A stretch of DNA of 43,794 nucleotides from a virus (taxonomy: Duplodnaviria > Heunggongvirae > Uroviricota > Caudoviricetes): IMG/VR virus record IMGVR_UViG_2734482574_000013; one strand, given 5' to 3'. This document shows, piece after piece, positions 9,796-19,185 of this stretch. The notes below the pieces were generated by a model. It did no database searches, had not been told where the DNA came from, and saw nothing but the letters and a program-made list of their open reading frames with translations. How positions within the stretch are numbered: position 1 is the first letter of the stretch; each line of letters opens with the position of its first letter. The position numbers and the translations under genes were made by a program.

Positions 9796-10230
9796 ATGAA
9801 AAATATTGCGACAGGCGACGTTCTTGAACGTATCCGCAGACTGGCCCCGTCACATGTAACCGCGCCATTCAAGACGGTAGCGGAGTGGCGCGAGTGGCAA
9901 CTTTCCGAAGGCCAGAAACGTTGTGAGGAGATCAACCGTCAGAATCGTCAGTTGCGGGTGGAAAAAATTCTGAATCGCTCTGGCATCCAGCCATTGCACC
10001 GCAAATGCTCGTTTTCGAATTACCAGGTGCAGAACGAAGCGCAGCGATACGCGTTGAGTCAGGCGAAATCCATCGCTGATGAACTGATGACCGGGTGTAC
10101 AAATTTTGCGTTCAGCGGAAAACCTGGTACCGGGAAGAACCACTTAGCGGCAGCTATCGGGAATCGCCTGCTGAAAGACGGTCAGACAGTGATTGTGGTT
10201 ACCGTGGCTGATGTTATGAGTGCCCTGCAC
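9796..10230 (+). CDS. ydaV: YdaV, DnaC/IstB-like AAA+ helicase loader, 5' part only (3' end lost in N-run)
   Basis: Walker A motif GKPGTGKNHLAAAIG; the ORF runs directly into the N-run at 10231. Confidence 0.8.
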
Positions 10231-10569
10231 NNNNNNNNNNNNNNNNNNNNNNNNNNNNNNNNNNNNNNNNNNNNNNNNNNNNNNNNNNNNNNNNNNNNNN
10301 NNNNNNNNNNNNNNNNNNNNNNNNNNNNNNNNNNNNNNNNNNNNNNNNNNNNNNNNNNNNNNNNNNNNNNNNNNNNNNNNNNNNNNNNNNNNNNNNNNNN
10401 NNNNNNNNNNNNNNNNNNNNNNNNNNNNNNNNNNNNNNNNNNNNNNNNNNNNNNNNNNNNNNNNNNNNNNNNNNNNNNNNNNNNNNNNNNNNNNNNNNNN
10501 NNNNNNNNNNNNNNNNNNNNNNNNNNNNNNNNNNNNNNNNNNNNNNNNNNNNNNNNNNNNNNNNNNNNN
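10231..10569. other. Run of 339 N (masked or unsequenced); hides the ydaV 3' end
   Basis: Literal n characters in the sequence. Confidence 1.
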
Positions 10570-10593
10570 AATTTTTACCGGGAGGAAATTTTT

Positions 10594-11355
10594 ATGGAGA
10601 CTGTTTTTGACGCACTGAAAGCAATGGGAAAAGCCACATCCATAGAACTTGCTGCGCGACTTGATATCAGTCGTGAAGAAGTGCTGAACGAACTATGGGA
10701 ACTGAAAAAAGCTGGTTTCGTTGATAAAAGCGCGTACACCTGGCGTGTGGCTGATAACAACGTTCAGCAGGAACAGCCAATGCAGGCAGAACTGCCGGAA
10801 GAAACCACCACGGCAACTGTAGTGAAAATCTCAGAGTGCGATTTAACCGCGACGATTGAACAACGCGGACCACAAACGGCGGATGAACTGGCTACGCTGT
10901 TCGGTACAACATCCCGCAAAGTTGCTTCAACGCTGGCAATGGCAATCAGCAAAGGACGCCTGATTCGCGTAAACCAGAACAGTAAATTTCGTTACTGCAT
11001 GCCGGGCGATAATTTACCAGCAGAGCCGAAAGCTGCATCGGTAGCGGAAACTGATGGTAAAGCCTTTCCTCAGCCAGCCGGTGTTGCGTTACCAGTACAG
11101 GAAGCGGCAACACAGGAAGATATTAAAACAGAAACTGTGGCGGACATTGTGCAGTCGCTGCCATCGTTTACTGAAACGCAAGCGGATGACCTAGTTTTAC
11201 CATCGCTGCATATGGCAAACCGCGAACTGCGTCGGGCGAAAAATCATGTCCAGAAGTGGGAGCGAGTCTGCGCCGCGCTGCGGGAGCTGAACAAGCACCG
11301 GGATATTGTCCGACAGATTGTCGATTCCTCCAGTCGTATTGTGTCGGAAAAGTGA
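10594..11355 (+). CDS. ydaW: YdaW-like protein (253 aa, starts [12 protein letters not shown]), apparently intact
   Basis: RBS GGAGG 8 nt before the ATG at 10594; follows the replication genes; the ORF-track fusion with ydaV is an artefact of the N-run. Confidence 0.65.
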   Translation: METVFDALKAMGKATSIELAARLDISREEVLNELWELKKAGFVDKSAYTWRVADNNVQQEQPMQAELPEETTTATVVKISECDLTATIEQRGPQTADELATLFGTTSRKVASTLAMAISKGRLIRVNQNSKFRYCMPGDNLPAEPKAASVAETDGKAFPQPAGVALPVQEAATQEDIKTETVADIVQSLPSFTETQADDLVLPSLHMANRELRRAKNHVQKWERVCAALRELNKHRDIVRQIVDSSSRIVSEK

Positions 11356-11370
11356 TTGCCGGAGGCGCTT

Positions 11371-11787
11371 ATGGCAAAAGTTTTTACACAGGAAGAGCGT
11401 GAAAAAATTAAGGAGCAGGTTGTTGAGTTGGTACGCCAGAGTGGGCGCGAGACGTTAAGGCAACTGGAGGCCAAGACAGGTGCGACAAGATATCTGATGA
11501 GCATTCTTGCCAGAGAGTTGGTTGCCAGTGGCGATGTATACAACTCTGGCTATGGGTTATTCCCGTCTGAACAGGCTCGTAAGGATTGGAAAAACGCCCG
11601 CAAAAAACTATCCAGGGCAAAGGTGAAAAAAACGGTTGTGGTTGATCCTGACCTTATCTGGTCATTACCAGACGGAGAAATACGCCGCTATGACAGGCGT
11701 CAGAACATAATCTGTCGCGAGTGCCGGAAGAGTGAAGTTATGAAACGTGTACTGGCATTTTATCAAGGAAATCTTCGGTATTTATAG
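11371..11787 (+). CDS. Hypothetical protein (138 aa, MAKVFTQEEREK...), basic with a C-terminal CRECRK motif
   Basis: RBS GGAGG 6 nt before the ATG at 11371; the track ORF starts at an upstream TTG. Confidence 0.55.
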   Translation: MAKVFTQEEREKIKEQVVELVRQSGRETLRQLEAKTGATRYLMSILARELVASGDVYNSGYGLFPSEQARKDWKNARKKLSRAKVKKTVVVDPDLIWSLPDGEIRRYDRRQNIICRECRKSEVMKRVLAFYQGNLRYL

Positions 11788-11985
11788 ACGTTACTAGATC
11801 AAAGAGCATTAGTTCATATGTAAATTGACATTTTTCTGGCACAGGGGAGAGCTAGCGTGGTTGTCCGCTTTGTGCCAATAGCGGACATTGCTGGCTCATG
11901 GTATGTTAGTTTAAGGAGGCAGGTTATGCCCTGTATTTCGCTGTGGTATAATAGTTGCGCAATTGATACAAGGGAGCGTTACATC

Positions 11986-12948
11986 GTGAAAATTGTTTTC
12001 GAGGTTAATGGAAAGAAAGTTCCACTAAAATCTTTAAAATACATAAGCAAAAAAGATCAACTCGAAGTAATGAAAAACTGGTTCTTTGAAAACTTTGAAG
12101 ATCCGGCAAATGCTTGTCCGTATGAAAGTAGAGAAGGTGGCTATGCTTACATATATGGCGGGCCGTATGATGCGAGCGAAGAACTACAATCCATCTTCGG
12201 TCAATATGTTAAATCTGAGTATATTGAGGAATTAGTAGATGAATTACAAACACAATGTTTTGACTGGTCTGGAAACTCAAATAATATAGATGATTGGTAC
12301 GATGATGATATCTACGACGCTGTAACGTCTTCCGGTAATCCGTATTTAAAATTCATTGATAATATCGATAAAATAAAAAAACTTGCAAAAGATAAAACTG
12401 AACAACAGCAAAAAAACCACTTGCTTAGTTTGCTCTACACGAATGTTATTACAGCTTTGGAAACGCTTTATGTTGAGCTATTCATTAATTCTATAGAGAA
12501 AGATGATGTCTACATAGCCAATTGTATAGAAAAAGGTAAGACTGAATTTAAAGTAAGCAAAGATATTGCTGCGTTGCCTTTCAAGGGTGAACCCATCGAG
12601 AAAATTAGGGGAGAGCTAATCAGGTCAATCAAGGAACACTTGATCAGTGCAAGCTGGCATAGCACTAAAAAGGTAATCGACCGCTATGAAGCTACATTCG
12701 ATATAAAAGTACAAAAAGACTGTCCGATAGAAGCTATTGAATTGGCAACCCTCAATCGAAATCACTTAGTGCATCGTGGTGGAAAGGATAAAGAAGGGAA
12801 CCTCGTAGTGATTACAGACCAGGATCTTGAAACGCTGATTGAAAATGCATCGAACCTGGCAATTATGCTCTACAACAGTTTAAATGTAGCAACGAATAAA
12901 ACCACCATTTTGCAACCAGATGACAAACCGTTCATTCATGAATTTTAA
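11986..12948 (+). CDS. Uncharacterized protein with a C-terminal HEPN-like RNxxxH motif (320 aa from GTG; alternative ATG at 11926 with AGGAGG RBS)
   Basis: AT-rich coding sequence; RBS AAGGGAG before the GTG at 11986; extended -10 TGgTATAAT at 11944-11952; motif RNHLVH encoded at 12757-12774. Confidence 0.6.
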   Translation: MKIVFEVNGKKVPLKSLKYISKKDQLEVMKNWFFENFEDPANACPYESREGGYAYIYGGPYDASEELQSIFGQYVKSEYIEELVDELQTQCFDWSGNSNNIDDWYDDDIYDAVTSSGNPYLKFIDNIDKIKKLAKDKTEQQQKNHLLSLLYTNVITALETLYVELFINSIEKDDVYIANCIEKGKTEFKVSKDIAALPFKGEPIEKIRGELIRSIKEHLISASWHSTKKVIDRYEATFDIKVQKDCPIEAIELATLNRNHLVHRGGKDKEGNLVVITDQDLETLIENASNLAIMLYNSLNVATNKTTILQPDDKPFIHEF

Positions 12949-12963
12949 TAGCGCAGGTCATAC

Positions 12964-13965
12964 ATGGATATTCGCACACGAAAGACAAAATTTTTAGAGT
13001 CGTTAGATTCAACTGAAGTGATACGCAAAGCAGTAAGTCTCGCTATAGATTGCATTATTGATAATCATAATAGTAATGAAGATACCCCCTTAGTTATTAC
13101 CAGCTATGATGATCTCTGTAGAATCCAGGTGCTAAATTATGTACAGGAGTTTTGCGAAGCTGCATTCCCTGATATGGATGAATATTACTTTAGTCCTAAC
13201 ATACTTCGCATCAACGGCAAGACTAGTGAAGAAGCTTGTATTAACTTAATTAAACTCTTAAGAAGTACAAAAGGCATGCTATTCTGGTCCGATGCCCCAT
13301 CGTGGTTCGCTAGCCTCCCCGACGGATTATTCCATGTTGTTAACATTGATCAAAAAATCGTTACTCGCGGCCTTAATAAGAAAAACTCTAAGCCGACAAT
13401 AATCAATAAAGATTACAGTGTAGATACACTACTATCAGAGCTATTTTTGAATGGCGCACACATGGAGCAACCCAACGTACACAACGTTTCTGAGGGAAAC
13501 ATGAAGTTCTATGATGAATGCCATGCTGGATTAATCAGACCAATACCCGCTCCAATAGGCGCGTCATACGATGAAGAGATCACAATTAATTCTCCAGATT
13601 GGCAAAAGCTCGCGTGTGTAGCTTTACGCCGCTATCAGTCGAAGGAATGTCATGACGGAATGCAATGGGATACAACCGATCATGGTTGGACTGATGTAAT
13701 CGCGTATCCATTCGTCGAAGAAATACAATCAATGGATAATAGTGGTTATCGACAATGTTTAGTTGGGCTGGTCACAATAAACAATTCAAATGCAAATTCT
13801 CCGTACCTATCTACCGTTTGGATACATCCATTTTATCGCAGGAGAGGGTTATTAAGTAAGTTATGGCCAAAATTACAAGAGTTATATGGAAGTAACTTCG
13901 AAATTGAGCGACCTAATGAAAATATGAAAGCATTTCTGAAAAGTGCGAAACACGCAGATTACTAA
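12964..13965 (+). CDS. Uncharacterized protein with a GNAT-like acetyltransferase-type C-terminus (333 aa)
   Basis: Starts 15 nt after the upstream gene stop (operon-like); AT-rich; C-terminal segment LVGLVTIN...VWIHPFYRRRGLLSKLW resembles the GNAT acetyl-CoA-binding motif. Confidence 0.55.
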   Translation: MDIRTRKTKFLESLDSTEVIRKAVSLAIDCIIDNHNSNEDTPLVITSYDDLCRIQVLNYVQEFCEAAFPDMDEYYFSPNILRINGKTSEEACINLIKLLRSTKGMLFWSDAPSWFASLPDGLFHVVNIDQKIVTRGLNKKNSKPTIINKDYSVDTLLSELFLNGAHMEQPNVHNVSEGNMKFYDECHAGLIRPIPAPIGASYDEEITINSPDWQKLACVALRRYQSKECHDGMQWDTTDHGWTDVIAYPFVEEIQSMDNSGYRQCLVGLVTINNSNANSPYLSTVWIHPFYRRRGLLSKLWPKLQELYGSNFEIERPNENMKAFLKSAKHADY

Positions 13966-14151
13966 TTTATGAATCAGTCTGTGGAGTTAGGGTTGGTGTG
14001 AACAAGTAGGGTAAGAGCCTCAACGTGATGCTATGCCGACCTGCTCCCTGAGAATTCACACAGAAGGCTGCTAGCAATGTCTGCAGATCGCTCAAAGCGG
14101 ACTAAAATGTTGGCTTGTTTCTGACTTAGAGCATTTAAGGAAGTGCTGGTG

Positions 14152-14367
14152 GTGACTGGTTGTTGTGTTCCATTTCTACAGAATAAAATCACAGAAACTA
14201 TACCCAATAGTTGTATTGAATCACTGACGAGACAGCCTCATATTTATCAGGACTGGTGTGCGTCTAATACAGGGGGTTGTCGTGCTGGTTCTCAAATGTG
14301 CGCTGGCTATTGCGGCTGTAATGGCAATTTATTGTCTTGCTGTTGTTCTTATGGAGCGGCTTTCTGA
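14152..14367 (+). CDS. Cysteine-rich small ORF (about 72 aa, 11 Cys; ends ...CAGYCGCNGNLLSCCCSYGAAF), speculative
   Basis: SD AAGGAA at 14137-14142 with GTG starts at 14149 and 14152; no ATG start; unusual Cys density. Confidence 0.3.
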   Translation: MTGCCVPFLQNKITETIPNSCIESLTRQPHIYQDWCASNTGGCRAGSQMCAGYCGCNGNLLSCCCSYGAAF

Positions 14368-14585
14368 TTGATTACATACTGGCTAGAAAAAAGGTGTTAC
14401 CTTGGTTTATCTTTGTCCGGCAAGGTGCGCTCATTAATCTTAAGTAAATTTATTGCTCAAGTATTCAGATTACTTCTTATGGTTGAAGTCTCCTGTCAAT
14501 GTAGAACCAATATATTTACAAAAATGAGACCCGTCGGGGATAGCCCTGCCGGGTCTGACTGTTAAAGCATTTTTAATATGATCAT

Positions 14586-14924
14586 CTATTTTTTGGTGCT
14601 ATAGACTTTTTCGCCCGAAAAGTCTGGAGCGACCCAAAAGTTAATATTAAACTGAGCATCATCGCTTAGTTCAACACGGTGCCAGTATTGTGGTGGGCTT
14701 GTTGCAAAAGCGCCAGCATTAATGACTACTTTTATCTCCGGTTCAGTAGCATTCTCATCAGTAAAACCATAATATGTTACAGTGCCTTCCATTACGCACA
14801 ACTGCCCAAAAACACCTGCTGCTGTATTATGATGTGTTAATAACGCTGAAGGTACGTTCTCTTTTGTGAAGAACGGAGTTGAGCGTTTGATTACCCAATC
14901 TTTAGGAATTCTCTTGTGTGTCAT
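14586..14924 (-). CDS. YeaR-like DUF1971 family protein (112 aa from MTHKRIPKDW)
   Basis: Strong RBS GGAGGAGG before the ATG at 14924; sequence (RSTPFF...CVMEGTVTYYGFTDENATEPE...FNINFWVAPDF) resembles recalled E. coli YeaR. Confidence 0.7.
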   Translation of the reverse strand: MTHKRIPKDWVIKRSTPFFTKENVPSALLTHHNTAAGVFGQLCVMEGTVTYYGFTDENATEPEIKVVINAGAFATSPPQYWHRVELSDDAQFNINFWVAPDFSGEKVYSTKK

Positions 14925-15737
14925 AACCACCTCCTCCAAAACATGCATTAAAAATGCATCTTTTGGAGGGTTATGTCAAGCTGTTATGAAACACATAATT
15001 GATATGTTGATTAGAGGAGAAGATAGAATAAATATGGTTGTTTTTCGTATAACTATTTGTTTTACTTTTAGTTTATGCATTCTGTGTGTTAGGAATAAGT
15101 TATTAAAGTTTAATCAAAAAATCTCGATGTAGTCCACATAGATTACTGTTACTGAACCTTATTGTGTGTATTAGTTGTGTTCTGAAATTTCAGCTTAATT
15201 ATTTATGATGTATTTTTTAACGATAAATATTTTCCCAGGATACCTTTACTGTGTATATAAATAAATTATATACGCATAAATAATGTAAAGGCGTCCTTTT
15301 AGATATATCTTATCAAATGTTAATGACTTGAGTGGGAAATATGATTCCAGCAACTTATCATGTGGCTACTTTATAAAAATAATGCCCATATAAAACAACA
15401 AGCGAAAAGGATTACGGATAAAAAAGGAGCGAGATGTGCGAACTTGTTATTTTCCATGTTTAACCACCTTAAATAATTGATGATGACGGGATGATTGCAT
15501 CTGTAATGCTTTTATTGAAATGTTATGATAAAAAAGAACTTTTGCATAACATTAAAATGTAATTTATCTAATCGTTTTTAATAATAAGTGTCGTATTTCT
15601 ATCCTTGTACCAGCTATTTGATATGTAGTGTTTGTTCATGCTATGTGGGGCTTTACACCATAGCCAGTTTATTTATACTTTATTCGTCAGCCTGAACAAC
15701 TGGCATCTGCTGCGCTGCGCCATCGAGAGATTGAGAA

Positions 15738-16337
15738 ATGGCGCATATACAACTGGTCAAACAAACCTCTTCTGGTTTACTTCTCCCGGCGACGCCGGAG
15801 AGTTGCGATTTTCTGCATCAAATCAAAATAGGTGAGTGGATACACGCAGACTTTAAGCGTGTGCGTAACTACGCATTCCACAAGCGTTTTTTCAAACTCC
15901 TGCAACTGGGATTCGATTACTGGACTCCGGTCGGTGGGGCGATCACGCCTCGCGAACGAGAACTGCTGTCTGGTTTCGTTGATTACCTGTGCGAATCAGT
16001 TGGTCGGGAACACACGCCAGCCCTGAGTGATGCCGCAGAGCAATACCTTAACACCGTTGCGACTCGTAGAACCCGGGATACGGCGTTGCTAAAGTCGTTT
16101 GAGGCTTTCCGCGAGTGGGTAACCATTCAGGCCGGATTTTACACCGAGCATATTTATCCGGACGGTAGCCGTGGGCGTCGGGCAAAATCCATCGCTTTTG
16201 CGAATATGGACGAAGTCGAGTTTCAGCAGGTTTATAAATCTGTACTGAATGTGCTGTGGAACTGGATTCTGTTCCGTAAATTCTCCTCTCAGGAGGAAGT
16301 TGAAAATGTGGCCGCACAACTACTGGAGTTTGCGTAA
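15738..16337 (+). CDS. Nin-region protein, DUF1367-like (199 aa)
   Basis: Position upstream of Q in a nin-like block; family assignment is from memory. Confidence 0.6.
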   Translation: MAHIQLVKQTSSGLLLPATPESCDFLHQIKIGEWIHADFKRVRNYAFHKRFFKLLQLGFDYWTPVGGAITPRERELLSGFVDYLCESVGREHTPALSDAAEQYLNTVATRRTRDTALLKSFEAFREWVTIQAGFYTEHIYPDGSRGRRAKSIAFANMDEVEFQQVYKSVLNVLWNWILFRKFSSQEEVENVAAQLLEFA

Positions 16338-16627
16338 TGGTGAATTTACGTAAAGCGGCTAAAGGCCAGATGTGCCAGATCAGAATCCCTGGCTACTGCA
16401 ATCACAATCCCGAAACCTCTGTGCTGGCGCATTACAGGCTGGCGGGGACGTGCGGAACAGCGACAAAACCACATGATATGCAGGCGGCGATAGCCTGTAG
16501 CTCATGCCACGATCTAATCGACGGGCGGGTAAAAACCAGCGATTACACCAAAGAAGAATTGCGCCTGATGCATGCTGAAGGGGTTTTTCGCACACAAGAA
16601 ATCTGGAGAAAGAAAGGTCATTTATGA
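16337..16627 (+). CDS. Nin-region Cys-rich putative zinc-binding protein, DUF1364-like (96 aa)
   Basis: Start overlaps the upstream stop (ATGA); several Cys/His clusters (CQIRIPGYC...CSSCHD). Confidence 0.55.
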   Translation: MVNLRKAAKGQMCQIRIPGYCNHNPETSVLAHYRLAGTCGTATKPHDMQAAIACSSCHDLIDGRVKTSDYTKEELRLMHAEGVFRTQEIWRKKGHL

Positions 16628-17166
16628 TTTACCCAACGAATACAGGAAAAAGCGGAGAACACCTTCGCCTCACCACGCTGGAAAGTGTCTGGATTCAGGG
16701 AAAACTACGTATGTGGGGGCGCTGGTCGTATATTGGCGGTGGCAGGTCAGGGAATATGTTCAATCAGTTGTTGGCATCCAAAAAACTGACGAAAACAGCC
16801 ATTAATGAAGCCCTGCGCAGAATGAAAAAAGCGGGAATAGAGAAAGCTGAGCTGGAAGCGTTTTTGCGAGAGATGATCAACGGCAAGCAAAAGAGCTGGC
16901 TGGCGCATTGTACTGATGCAGAGGCGTTATGTATTGATCGAGTCATAAGTGAGGTGCTGGCAGAGCATCCAGGATTGATTTGCATTCTCCGGCAACGCTA
17001 TGAAGGGCGGGGGATGACTAAGCGCAAAATGGCTGAATTGCTAAATGATGCACACCCAGAGTGGTGTTTTAGCACATGCGAAAAACGGATTGCTAATTGG
17101 TTAGCTGTTGCTGAGTATGCCCTATATATTCCCATGCGTGAATCATTTGCTGAGAAAATGGCTTGA
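16624..17166 (+). CDS. Late-gene antitermination protein Q (phage 21/82-like, 180 aa)
   Basis: Last gene before the late terminator and lysis region; Cys/His cluster and overall resemblance to lambdoid Q proteins. Confidence 0.75.
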   Translation: MIYPTNTGKSGEHLRLTTLESVWIQGKLRMWGRWSYIGGGRSGNMFNQLLASKKLTKTAINEALRRMKKAGIEKAELEAFLREMINGKQKSWLAHCTDAEALCIDRVISEVLAEHPGLICILRQRYEGRGMTKRKMAELLNDAHPEWCFSTCEKRIANWLAVAEYALYIPMRESFAEKMA

Positions 17167-17246
17167 TTTCTTACGTATAAACTGCTTCAATTTTGCTATG
17201 CTTCGCAAAGCTGTATCGCGAGGCGGATTGCAGACATGGACATCGT

Positions 17247-17273
17247 AAAAAAACCGCTTAATGCGGTTTTTTT
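17247..17273. terminator. Bidirectional intrinsic terminator (A7-CCGC-ttaat-GCGG-T7), tR'-like, downstream of Q
   Basis: Perfect stem flanked by an A7 run and a T7 run. Confidence 0.7.
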
Positions 17274-17593
17274 ACGTCAGGAAAGCAGGGGAGAATGCTG
17301 CTAGTTGGGCAACTGGTCTTTCTGCTCCAAATTATAACAGAGACCAGTTATAGTTTCGGTGCTGTGTTTTTTTTACAATATTGTGATAACACATTGCTGG
17401 CGGGAGTTTTGATATTTCTTGGCAGGGGCTGATGATGCGTTATCCTGATGTCGTCAACTCATATAAAATGAGATGAGAGATCATTGCAGGGTGGTTTGTA
17501 ATTCGCTGTTTAGCGGGACAATATGTTGTCTGATACAAGACACCCGACGCCTCAGATTACTATAATAAAGACGAAGCATCCTTTGTATTGACC

Positions 17594-17620
17594 AACCGCC
17601 TGTTTAGGCGGTTCTTTTTG
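17594..17620 (+). terminator. Intrinsic terminator (AACCGCC-tgttta-GGCGGTT followed by CTTTTTGG)
   Basis: 7-bp GC-rich stem followed by a T-tract. Confidence 0.6.
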
Positions 17621-18210
17621 GGCTGGTTTATTGTATGCCAAATGATTATTAAAAAGGTTGTGTTAATAACAAGATCCGAAATAATATGCCTGCATATTTT
17701 TATCTTGCTTATATTCTGCATATTGTGCATAGCAGGCTCATCCCTGCAATCAAAACTGTATGATGAGTATTTTTTGTTTTCCTTTTTTCCAGTCATCTGA
17801 TGATGACCTGCTTCTTTTTAATCCGGATCGACATCAGTTTTTTAAGATAATTCCTGCGAGTTATATGCATAAATGCCACAAACTCCGCATTTTATGTGGT
17901 TGGGAGTTGCCGGGCGCGCAGTGAGTTTGCTAAGAAAACTCCTGCATGGTGAATCCCCCTGTGCGGTGGGGTGATACCATTAACCTTTTCTGTCGCCGAC
18001 AGGTATCACGAACATTTTGTTCACCGGGAGGCACCCGGCACCATGCACTTCAATAGATTCTCTCCACATTATGGATATTCTTTCAGAATATCCCACGCAG
18101 ACTTTGTGTAAATGTTAACAAATGTGCGTTTTATTTGATCTGATTCGCTGTTTGAGCGTCCAAAACAACGGTATATATAATCCTTTACTATATGACATAT
18201 GTGAGGAAAA

Positions 18211-18639
18211 ATGGGTTTTCGTAGCGCATCAATTCTTACGTTGATTATTAGTGGGATTATTATCGGGTGCACTGATGCTGTATCGACAAATTATCATGAC
18301 CGTACATCATATTACTCCGATAAAGCAATAGAGACACAGTATGTGAGTTCATCTGAACGTACTTCTGATGTTAGTGAGGATATCCGTCTGTATGCCCATC
18401 AAATCAAGAGCGCCATCGAAAAACAGTTCGGGGATGCGAGTAAGTATTCAGGAAAAGAGTGTACACTGAGAATGCATATGGCCCCGAATGGCCTTCTACT
18501 GGAGGTTAAAAGAGAAAGTGGAGACCTCGATTTATGTCGTGAAGCGATGAATGCGATAAAGAATGCTGATATACCTGCCCCCCCTTCGCCGGAAGTATAT
18601 AAAGTATTTCAAAATGGGGTGCTGGATTTTAAACCCTGA
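18211..18639 (+). CDS. Lipoprotein with TolA C-terminal (domain III)-like domain (142 aa)
   Basis: Lipobox IIGC after a hydrophobic signal; C-terminal 85 aa (YAHQIKSAIEKQF...CTLRMHMAPNGLLLEV...VYKVFQNGVLDFKP) closely resembles the recalled TolA C-terminus. Confidence 0.75.
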   Translation: MGFRSASILTLIISGIIIGCTDAVSTNYHDRTSYYSDKAIETQYVSSSERTSDVSEDIRLYAHQIKSAIEKQFGDASKYSGKECTLRMHMAPNGLLLEVKRESGDLDLCREAMNAIKNADIPAPPSPEVYKVFQNGVLDFKP

Positions 18640-18789
18640 TATTTATTGTTTTGTAATAAACGGTTTCGGCTTAGGTTTGTTCTGACACAGCTACGGCACT
18701 GAGCTAAATTTAGCGGATAGTCAGCTCTGAGCCAGTGGCGGACGTAACAACTACTATTGCTGAGATTTTAATGGATTGAGGAGCAAGAA

Positions 18790-19185
18790 GTGGGATTAAA
18801 GAAAATCGTTATGTTGACTTTTTGGGTCGGTTTTGTTGCGGGATGCACACCTTTACACCCTTCAGATTGCCACAAAACTACTGCTACAGGTAGTTGCAGT
18901 TCAGGACGCTGGGATGATCAGGATGAATGGGGGGCGCAAGCGCGGGGAATCAGAGCTGCAATTAATGCCAAACTTGATGAGCCGCATAACTGGAAAGGGA
19001 AAAAATGCAGGTTGCATATGGAATTCTCTCAGGATGGCACGGCGTTAAAAATATCTACCAGTAACGGTGATAAAGCCTATTGCGAAGCGATAAAGTCCGC
19101 AGCTCATAAAGCCAAATTTCCGGCCTTCAACAATCCGGAAGTCTACAGAGATTTTCAGAAATCTGGCTTTGACATGCGAGGTTAG
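18790..19185 (+). CDS. Second, more divergent lipoprotein with TolA C-terminal-like domain (131 aa, GTG start)
   Basis: Lipobox VAGC; shares the C..L.M..G...GD..C.A...A..A.FPA...PEVY..FQ pattern with the upstream paralogue; GGAG before the GTG. Confidence 0.65.
   Translation: MGLKKIVMLTFWVGFVAGCTPLHPSDCHKTTATGSCSSGRWDDQDEWGAQARGIRAAINAKLDEPHNWKGKKCRLHMEFSQDGTALKISTSNGDKAYCEAIKSAAHKAKFPAFNNPEVYRDFQKSGFDMRG

Noticed and set aside
9796-11355. Track ORF of 519 aa fusing ydaV with the downstream gene across an N-run, and other X-containing ORFs (10220-10618, 19721-20140, 19737-20106, 40574-41369)
   Set aside because: Artefacts of translating runs of N; the real gene boundaries inside the gaps are unknown.
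14581-14620. Palindrome GACTTTT-tcgcccg-AAAAGTC at the 3' end of the YeaR-like gene
   Set aside because: Lies inside the coding sequence and lacks a T-tract in the transcribed orientation; probably coincidental.
17560-17800. Two overlapping small ORFs (70 and 78 aa) between the terminators and the lipoprotein genes
   Set aside because: AT-rich low-complexity translations, one starting inside a terminator stem with a TTG start; more likely non-coding leader.
17280-18200. Possible tRNA genes between Q and the lysis region, as found in Stx phages
   Set aside because: No cloverleaf-compatible sequence or conserved T-loop motif seen on manual reading; a tRNA scanner should be run to confirm.
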